Source of the DNA: an uncultured Opitutales bacterium
GTDB lineage: Bacteria; Verrucomicrobiota; Verrucomicrobiia; Opitutales; Intestinicryptomonadaceae
Direction: 5' to 3'
NCBI GenBank assembly: GCA_934660865.1
Contig: CAKUIA010000017.1
Span: forward strand, 1 to 32,000
Length of the DNA stretch: 32,000 bases
The translations under genes and the position numbers were made by a program. The notes under the pieces were generated by a model that was not told where the DNA came from, searched no databases, and saw only the letters and a list, made by a program, of their open reading frames with translations. Shown here piece after piece: positions 25,411 through 32,000 of this stretch. The stretch's first letter is position 1, and each line of letters begins with the position of its first letter.

Positions 25411-28400
25411 ATGAAAAAATTTACGGTCATATTTTTTGTAGCTGCGGGTTTTGTAAACGCCCAAACATACAATTACGACGCCGCAAACGAAACGCTTACA
25501 ATTACCGGCAACGGCAATAATGTGCACGACCGCATTACGCTGGAAGGCCCGACAACCCCGGGCAGCACTGTTCCGGGCTCTTCCGAAACTTTCGGCAACA
25601 CAAAAACAATTATATTAAAAGACGTATGGACAAGCCCCGACTCTACGAGAACAGAGTATATACAGCCCACTTGCCCCGGCGAAAATACAACTTTAAAGCT
25701 TGAAAATTCGCTCTTGAGTACCTCCGGCGACTTCGACAAAGGCGGCCTGGGGCAAACCCTTATTATAGATTCAAAATCGGAATTGAATTTATACGGCAAC
25801 CGCCTTACCAATACAACCAGGCTGGAAAACGATGGCTACATAGAGTGTACAAACGGCAGCATTTCAAGCAGCTCGTATTTATGGGACAATAAGACGACAA
25901 CGGGCTCGTCGGGCGTTCTCGGCGGAAGGGGATATTACAGCTTCGGCAATGTTTCGTCTATAGAAACTTCTTTGGATTTTGGCCTTATAAAAACGAACGG
26001 GCAAATTACCGATTTGGAAATTTCGGGCGAATATACCGTTGACGGCAACTCGGCAAAAACCAACGGCGACAACTCTTTTATTGCCGGCGTTAACGCAGCA
26101 AACGGTTCGGGCGGGCACGCAATGACGGTTTCGGGCAAGCTTACCGTAGAGGCAAAGCAGGGCACGGGCATTGGCATTCTTGCAAACCAGCTTGGCAACG
26201 ACGACGCTTCCCTAAAAAACGACTATTCGGGTGAAATTACGGTTAAGGCAAAAGACGCCTTCGGCGTAAAAGTGGGCATAAACGCGGCAAAAGACGCCGC
26301 AACTGCCGGCGATATCTATTCTATCGACATAGGAACTTTGAATGTTGAAAGCACCATTACTTCGGGTACACAGCAGGGCACTGCAACGGGCATATACGCA
26401 AAAAGCGTTAAGCGCGGCCTTACCGCCAACACCATTACAGTAAAAGGCTATACCGAAGCTACGGGCATTCAGCTAACCGAGGGCGGCAAAAACCTGTCTA
26501 TTACAAATATGCAAGTTAGCGCGGCGGCCGACGGCGCTGCAACGGGCATTCTTGCGGGCGAAAGTACAAGCGAAAGCCTCTCGCAAATGGGCGATTTCGA
26601 AGACATTAACATAGCCAATATGGAAGTTTCGGGCGGCGCCAATTCTACGGGTATTCTTGCAAAATCGGTAGGCGGCACGGTAGGCAACCTTACGGTTTCC
26701 TCCGAAAACGGTACAGCCAACGGCATTTATGCCGATTCGGCAAACATTACTTTAAGCGGCACAATATCCTCTGCCAGCACAAACGCAGGCGCCAACGGTG
26801 TTTTGACGGAAAACGACTTAACATTGACAATGCAAGACGGCGCCGAAATCTCGGTAAGCGCAGCCGACGGTAGCGATTCTTTTGCAGTACGCTCGAAAAA
26901 CGGCAACGCCAATTTAAACTTTGCGGGAACAGCTACAATCAACGGCAATATTTTAGCAAAAGACATTTCGCTTTCAAACGGCGCTTTGGCCACAATCAAC
27001 GGCGATATAGAGGGCGAAAGCCTCGCTTCGGGCTCGGTAATCGGCACGGTTTCGGGCAAAATGAAATTCGACACCGTAGGCGATATCGAAGTCGCAACTT
27101 CTGTAGGCGTTCTCGAAATAGGAACGGCGGCAACGGGTGCAACTTCGGGCAACATTACGGTAAATACTGTTGAAACTTCGGCAAGTATTTCCAATGCAAC
27201 TTCGGCTACAATCGAAAACGCAAACGGCAATATTTCGCTTAGTACGGTTGGCACCGCCACGGTAAACAACGCCACGGGCGATATTACAGCAAACGACATC
27301 GCCAACGGCCTTAATGTGGGCAATGTTGCAAATGTAAATGTAGGCAACACAAACGTAAACGTTTTAGACGGCAAAACCGTAAGCGGCAACATAGTTTCTT
27401 CAAGCGACTTGGTTCTTTCAAACGGCGGCTCGGCAACAATAGCTGGCACAGTTTCGGCAAACGGCAAGCTTACAATAAACAACGCCTTTAATATAAATTC
27501 AAACGCCGCCACCGTTATAAGCGCAACAACTCTTGCTGGCAGCGGCTTGCACGACACTATAAACAACCACTACAACAATGCCTACGGCTTTGCCGACAGC
27601 GACGATACAAACGGCAATCTTACGGCGGCCGCTTCGCTAAAGGGTTTGCACAATGTTTCGGATATAACCGGCATTTTAGAGAACGATTTAGACGAAGTAT
27701 CCAACTCGTATACAAAGGTAAAATATAAGAACATTGGCAACAATGTAGGCTACGACATTATCGAAAATTCGTATTTAAGAGACGCCGTTGCAACAAACGA
27801 AACCGAAAGGGCGCTGGCCGAAATATACGACAACCTCGAGTATGTGGAAGGCGACGACGACGCAAACGCGATTTCGGTATCGAAAAAGCGCAACTTTGCC
27901 GCAATGGTAAATAGCGGGTCTTTTGGCGCAATATTGCCGCAGTCGGTTGTGCATGCGGCGCGTATGAATATGGACTTAACCGATATCATACATTTAGACA
28001 CCCTAAACAGAACCAGCGCGTCTGCCGACTACCTTGCCGCTCTCGGCGGCGACGATTCGCTTTTCGGCAAAACATTCACGGTTTCGGTTCGCAACATAAA
28101 CCGCTTTGCATTGTACGGCGGCGACGAAAATATAGACGCATCGAGCGACTATATTACGGGCGCATTGGCAAATGTTGAATATACGCCAAGCACCAAGTTT
28201 TTTGCCGGATTGGGCTTTGGCGGTTTTCAGGCAAAATCGACGGGCCGCGGCAACTGCGGCAAGGCCGAAACCCAAAGCATTGCACTAAACGCCTACGCGA
28301 ATTGGAGGTTTTTCGACAATTTCGATTGGTATATGGGTGCAACATACGCGTTCGGTATGAACAAGGCCGAAAGAAGAAATATGGTAGACCAAAGCCGCGC

Positions 28401-28884
28401 CGATTGGGATTCCAACCTTTTGGGCGTATTTACGGGCGTTCGCTACGCGATAAAGCCCTTTGCCGACAGGCAGTTTTATATAAAGCCGACAATAGGCGTA
28501 AATGCGAATTTCCTAATGAACCCGTCGTTCGAGGAAAAGAGCGGCGCCGAGCGCATGCGTATGGATTCGCGCGACTATACAAGCGTAAAATCGCTTGTTG
28601 GCATAGAGGCTACATATATGCTTGATTGCGGCTTTTACTTTTCCGGCAGAATGTTCTATACGCACGAATTTGCCGACAACCGCTACGATGTAAGCTCTAC
28701 GATTTCGGGAACAACGGTATCCATACTTACAAAGGGCTGGAAGATGGACGAAGACGCGGGCGTATTCGGTATCGGCATAGGCTACAATATAAACAGCCAA
28801 TGGCGCATTTATGCCGACTACGCCGCCGAAATCTCCGGCGAAATCTACCAAAACGTAAACACGGGCATTCAGTTTAAATTCTAA
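25411..28884 (+). CDS. Type Va (classical) autotransporter: signal peptide, long repeat-rich beta-helix-like passenger, C-terminal beta-barrel translocator
   Basis: The start at 25411 (MKKFTVIFFVAAGFVNAQ) gives a signal peptide; the track ORF extends to 25240. The passenger is G/T/N/A/S-rich with recurring G-x-A-[TN]-G-I-x-A units. The last ~300 aa alternate in a beta-strand pattern with aromatic residues (YANWRF, YMGATYAF, FTGVRYAI, WRIYADYAAE). The protein ends ...NTGIQFKF, with a terminal Phe typical of outer-membrane barrels. Confidence 0.8.
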   Translation: MKKFTVIFFVAAGFVNAQTYNYDAANETLTITGNGNNVHDRITLEGPTTPGSTVPGSSETFGNTKTIILKDVWTSPDSTRTEYIQPTCPGENTTLKLENSLLSTSGDFDKGGLGQTLIIDSKSELNLYGNRLTNTTRLENDGYIECTNGSISSSSYLWDNKTTTGSSGVLGGRGYYSFGNVSSIETSLDFGLIKTNGQITDLEISGEYTVDGNSAKTNGDNSFIAGVNAANGSGGHAMTVSGKLTVEAKQGTGIGILANQLGNDDASLKNDYSGEITVKAKDAFGVKVGINAAKDAATAGDIYSIDIGTLNVESTITSGTQQGTATGIYAKSVKRGLTANTITVKGYTEATGIQLTEGGKNLSITNMQVSAAADGAATGILAGESTSESLSQMGDFEDINIANMEVSGGANSTGILAKSVGGTVGNLTVSSENGTANGIYADSANITLSGTISSASTNAGANGVLTENDLTLTMQDGAEISVSAADGSDSFAVRSKNGNANLNFAGTATINGNILAKDISLSNGALATINGDIEGESLASGSVIGTVSGKMKFDTVGDIEVATSVGVLEIGTAATGATSGNITVNTVETSASISNATSATIENANGNISLSTVGTATVNNATGDITANDIANGLNVGNVANVNVGNTNVNVLDGKTVSGNIVSSSDLVLSNGGSATIAGTVSANGKLTINNAFNINSNAATVISATTLAGSGLHDTINNHYNNAYGFADSDDTNGNLTAAASLKGLHNVSDITGILENDLDEVSNSYTKVKYKNIGNNVGYDIIENSYLRDAVATNETERALAEIYDNLEYVEGDDDANAISVSKKRNFAAMVNSGSFGAILPQSVVHAARMNMDLTDIIHLDTLNRTSASADYLAALGGDDSLFGKTFTVSVRNINRFALYGGDENIDASSDYITGALANVEYTPSTKFFAGLGFGGFQAKSTGRGNCGKAETQSIALNAYANWRFFDNFDWYMGATYAFGMNKAERRNMVDQSRADWDSNLLGVFTGVRYAIKPFADRQFYIKPTIGVNANFLMNPSFEEKSGAERMRMDSRDYTSVKSLVGIEATYMLDCGFYFSGRMFYTHEFADNRYDVSSTISGTTVSILTKGWKMDEDAGVFGIGIGYNINSQWRIYADYAAEISGEIYQNVNTGIQFKF

Positions 28885-28913
28885 AACAAAAACCACTCCC
28901 ACGCACAAATAAC

Positions 28914-28958
28914 GGCCGAAGCTTGGTCCCCCACACAACCAACTCGGCCATATTTTTT
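28914..28958 (+). terminator. Probable terminator after the autotransporter gene
   Basis: Interrupted stem: GGCCGA (28914-28919) / TCGGCC (28944-28949) outside and TTGGT (28923-28927) / ACCAA (28938-28942) inside, followed by ATA then T6 (28953-28958). Confidence 0.45.
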
Positions 28959-29108
28959 GCAAAAATTACAGGTTATTTATAGAAAGTGGCGTTAATATAA
29001 TCGTCTGCTTTAGGTTGCAAAATATGGGGGTATAATGGATAATGATGGTGTCAGTTCGGGGTGAAAATGCTTGACTATATGTGCTTATTTTGGAGACTTG
29101 TAGGTTGA

Positions 29109-30257
29109 GTGTACAAGCAAATGGCAGGCCTTTTTAACTTTTTAAAGACGCGCATATTTTCGCGATTTTTGTTTCCCGACAGGGGCGATATTTCGAAGCG
29201 CGTGGCTATACTTAATTTTTCGTATAGCAACTGCAATTTCGGGGCGGTGCTTTTGTCGTACGCAACGCAAAAAGTGCTGCTTAGTTTGGGGAAAATCCCG
29301 TACGTTTTAAATTTTAACCCATGTTTTAAAAATTATTGGAAATTTTCGCACATCAAGGGCCTGATATCTGGAATGAACTTTATATCTTTTAGATACAAGT
29401 TCTTAAATACCACAAAAATCTACACAAATTTTAAATCGGTAAAAAAATCGAACCGTTTTTTCAACACTTTTCTTTTCGGGAGCGACCAAATTTGGCGCTA
29501 CGAGATAGTTAAAGCCGACTGCGAAACCTATTTTGGCGGCTTTGCAGAACACGGCAAAAAACTTATAGCCTATGCCGCAAGTTTCGGCAAAGACAAATGG
29601 GACGAAGCCCCGAAAAGCGCTACCGGGCAAATAGGGCAGTTATTGAAACGTTTTTCGGACATAAGCGTTAGGGAACAAAGCGGCGTGGATATTTGCAAAG
29701 ACATTTTTGCGGTAAACGCCGAATTTGTTTTAGACCCCACGTTGCTTTTAACCGAAAAGGATTACGCCCAAATTTACGAAACCCATAAAATAGAGCCTGG
29801 CTGCAAATACATATCGGCGGCGTTTTTAGACAATGCCCCGATAAAGTCTGAAATATTAAAAACTGTTTCGGAGCTTTTGCAGTTAAAGCCGATAGACGCC
29901 ACCGCGAAGCGCGTTAAAATTTTCGGTAAAACGCGCCCCGTATACAGACCCGTTTCGGATTGGCTGTATTTGATAAAAAATGCCGAATTTGTCGTTACCG
30001 ATTCCTTTCATTGCTGCGTTTTTTGCATAATATTTAAAAAGCAGTTTTTATGTATTGATACAAAAAACAGGGGCAATGCAAGGCTCGAAAGCCTGTTTAA
30101 TATATTGGGCATTCCGTCTAGAATGGCGTTTGGCGAACAAGATATAGAAAGGCTTATCCGCGAAAAAATCGATTTCGACAAAGTGGATAAAAATTTGGGC
30201 ATTTTAAGGGATAAATCAGTCGGGTTTCTTGGCGCGGCGTTAGGCCGAAATATCTAA
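29109..30257 (+). CDS. Polysaccharide pyruvyl transferase family protein
   Basis: 382 aa. It begins with an N-terminal block of ILNFSYSNCNFGAVL type. The block FLFGSDQIWRYE matches the GSDQ[IV]W hallmark of the family. The C-terminal VVTDSFHCCVF matches the conserved TDSFH block. The track start at 29109 is a GTG; an ATG at 29121 is an alternative. Confidence 0.7.
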   Translation: MYKQMAGLFNFLKTRIFSRFLFPDRGDISKRVAILNFSYSNCNFGAVLLSYATQKVLLSLGKIPYVLNFNPCFKNYWKFSHIKGLISGMNFISFRYKFLNTTKIYTNFKSVKKSNRFFNTFLFGSDQIWRYEIVKADCETYFGGFAEHGKKLIAYAASFGKDKWDEAPKSATGQIGQLLKRFSDISVREQSGVDICKDIFAVNAEFVLDPTLLLTEKDYAQIYETHKIEPGCKYISAAFLDNAPIKSEILKTVSELLQLKPIDATAKRVKIFGKTRPVYRPVSDWLYLIKNAEFVVTDSFHCCVFCIIFKKQFLCIDTKNRGNARLESLFNILGIPSRMAFGEQDIERLIREKIDFDKVDKNLGILRDKSVGFLGAALGRNI

Positions 30258-30271
30258 GATTTTAAAAAGTT

Positions 30272-31510
30272 ATGCGCTCTTTTAATTCAATAATATTCGT
30301 TATATTTTTTCTTATATACGGCACATTTTGCGTATTCCAATTTTTGTCGGGAAGCGTTTTCGAAGGTGCGTTTGCCTCGCGCGAAAATTCGGTGCAAATG
30401 TATTTGTACATTGCCGTGTTTATTATAACCATAATAGGCATTTTGCCGCATTCGACAAAACTTAAAGGGCAAGACAGCATGTTTTACCTTGTTATTGTCT
30501 ATATGCTGTACTATGTGGTTGTCACGGTTTTCTATCTGCTATTAACCCATATTGACGACATTAAATATATTGGTACGGGTGTTATAATGTCGTCGGTATC
30601 GCCGCTGGTGTTTCTGTTTTTTTACCATTGCGCAAAGGAAAGCGACATTTCGCTTCGCAAGTGTGTTATAGGTTTTTCGATACTGTTGTTTATCGATACC
30701 TGCGCAACGCTAAGGCTTTACAACTTTTCGTTTGAGTATTCAAACTGGGTGGTTATAATGCAGTTTTACACTTTGTTTTTTATTTTGCCGTGGATGCTGT
30801 GTATACGAAAAAGATTTGTAAACATAGCCATCTTTTTTGTATTTGCATTGTTGACCGCATATTCGGCAAAGCGAGGGGCGTTTTTAACTTTGTTGGGAAG
30901 TATAATGGTTTTTTACATGCTAAAAAGCTATATAAAAAACAAAAATTTGGCTTCGGTTTTACTGTATCCCGTCATTATAATCCCGCCGGTTTTATGCCTT
31001 ATTTTCTGCTTTATAGACTTTTCATTTATGATGGAAAAGATGGAGTCGATTTCCATCGACAGAGGATCGGGCAGATTGGATATTTACCAGCTAATATTCG
31101 ATACGTATAAAAATTCCGGTTTCATGATGCAGTTTTTCGGCAACGGCGGCTATTACGGAGCAAAGGATATTACAATGCAGGTGGAAATTCACGGCGCGCA
31201 CAACGACTTTTTACAGGTATTGCTCGATATAGGAATACCCGGGCTTATTATCCTGTTTAGCATGATCTACATTTTGGTAAAACGGTTTTTTACATTGGTA
31301 AAAAGCAGCTCTTTTATTGCTCCCGCCTACGGGACAACGCTTGTTATGATTTTAGTTCTGTCGAATGTAAGTACCGTCTTTTGCGGAAACTTTACTACAA
31401 TACCTATTTGGGCGTTTTGGGGCTATATAATAGGGGCAATGAATGCAAACAACTACAACAATTTCCTAATGTATCCCCCGCAGGATACTAATTTTCTATG
31501 GAAAAGGTAA
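30272..31510 (+). CDS. O-antigen polymerase/ligase-like (Wzy_C-type) polytopic membrane protein
   Basis: 412 aa with roughly 10 or more hydrophobic segments. A periplasmic-loop region is followed by HGAHNDFLQVLLDIGIPGLII, matching the H-N-x-[FY]-L-x-x-L-x-E-x-G-x-x-G signature of O-antigen ligase/polymerase domains. It lies in a polysaccharide gene context. Confidence 0.7.
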   Translation: MRSFNSIIFVIFFLIYGTFCVFQFLSGSVFEGAFASRENSVQMYLYIAVFIITIIGILPHSTKLKGQDSMFYLVIVYMLYYVVVTVFYLLLTHIDDIKYIGTGVIMSSVSPLVFLFFYHCAKESDISLRKCVIGFSILLFIDTCATLRLYNFSFEYSNWVVIMQFYTLFFILPWMLCIRKRFVNIAIFFVFALLTAYSAKRGAFLTLLGSIMVFYMLKSYIKNKNLASVLLYPVIIIPPVLCLIFCFIDFSFMMEKMESISIDRGSGRLDIYQLIFDTYKNSGFMMQFFGNGGYYGAKDITMQVEIHGAHNDFLQVLLDIGIPGLIILFSMIYILVKRFFTLVKSSSFIAPAYGTTLVMILVLSNVSTVFCGNFTTIPIWAFWGYIIGAMNANNYNNFLMYPPQDTNFLWKR

Positions 31511-32000
31511 ACATATTAACGGGCTCTAAAAGCCCCGTGTTCTTAAGGCAGCTAGACACCGAAAGATTCGCGGGAAGTTTCGAGTTTTTCGAGAACAGCA
31601 ACGAGGATATTTTGTGGGACTACGTTGTTGTATACGAAGAATGCCCAATGCCGAAAAAAATTCGATGCAAAAAGGGCGGTTTATACTTCTTTTCGGGCGA
31701 GCCGAGCGATTCGCGTTTTTACGGAAAAGGTTTTCTTTCGCAATTCGACCACGTTATTGCCACCCATAAAAACATTAAAAACAAAAATTTTATAAACTCG
31801 AATACGGCGCTAAATTGGCATTTCGGCAGGGGCACTGCAAGCGGCAAAATAAACTTCGATTTTGCAATGCTAAAAGCAATGCCGTTGCCCGAAAAACAAA
31901 AGAATATATCGGTAATAACTTCGCGGCTTAATATGATGCCGGGGCACCTAAAACGCCTTAAGTTTTTAGACGCCCTGCGCAGCCGCTATGGCGACAAAAT
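31498..32000 (+). CDS. Partial CDS (3' end outside the window): putative polysaccharide-locus glycosyltransferase-like protein, family unresolved
   Basis: My own translation from the ATG at 31498 is MEKVNILTGSKSPVFLRQLDTERF...WDYVVVYEECPMP...LYFFSGEPSD...KNISVITSRLNMMPGHLKRLKFLDALRSRYGDK, open to the window end. It overlaps the upstream stop by 13 nt. The KNISVITS...R..FLDAL pattern loosely recalls GT10/fucosyltransferase-like proteins. Confidence 0.4.
   Translation, partial: MEKVNILTGSKSPVFLRQLDTERFAGSFEFFENSNEDILWDYVVVYEECPMPKKIRCKKGGLYFFSGEPSDSRFYGKGFLSQFDHVIATHKNIKNKNFINSNTALNWHFGRGTASGKINFDFAMLKAMPLPEKQKNISVITSRLNMMPGHLKRLKFLDALRSRYGDK

Noticed and set aside
26727-27566. 279-aa minus-strand ORF antisense to the autotransporter passenger
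   Set aside because: The passenger's repetitive G/A/T/N/S codons are stop-poor on the reverse strand. The resulting translation is a low-complexity A/V/P/L/E/F string with no signal peptide or domain signature.
28959-29108. Possible small ncRNA or small ORF (for example MDNDGVSSG) in the spacer before the polysaccharide locus
   Set aside because: I found only a 9-codon ORF and no convincing stem-loop architecture or promoter/terminator pair. The evidence is not enough to call a feature.

Overview
The window reads as ordinary chromosomal DNA: a tightly packed mix of housekeeping genes and cell-envelope or glycan genes. I found no rRNA, tRNA, CRISPR array, transposase, integrase or prophage signature.

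Gene order, left to right:
- 3' end of a PEP-CTERM protein
- squalene-hopene cyclase (-)
- pntAA-pntAB-pntB transhydrogenase operon (+)
- endonuclease III (+)
- GH92-like glycosidase (-)
- meso-DAP dehydrogenase (+)
- a 1059-aa secreted protein with a beta-propeller and three CXXCH motifs (+)
- an AddB-like/AddA-like helicase-nuclease pair (+)
- thiol peroxidase (-)
- a PATR-repeat PEP-CTERM surface protein (-)
- a clan GH-A glycosidase (+)
- a small Zn-ribbon protein coupled to a SulP/STAS transporter (-)
- a 1157-aa type Va autotransporter (+)
- the start of a surface-polysaccharide locus: pyruvyl transferase, Wzy/O-antigen-ligase-like membrane protein, and a partial glycosyltransferase-like gene

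Convergent gene pairs are separated by clean bidirectional rho-independent terminators. Shine-Dalgarno motifs are nearly absent except inside the pnt operon. That absence, together with PEP-CTERM, PATR and planctomycete-type cytochrome c features, suggests a PVC- or FCB-group host. This is low-confidence inference.

I do not see a convincing new multi-gene system. The items most worth follow-up are:
- the hydrazine-synthase-alpha-like architecture of the 1059-aa protein
- a T13 homopolymer in the divergent promoter of a surface-protein gene
- the unusual repeat passenger of the autotransporter
- the PEP-CTERM paralogs next to an EPS-type locus with no exosortase in view

All functional calls come from reading motifs in the supplied translations. 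No database search was run.
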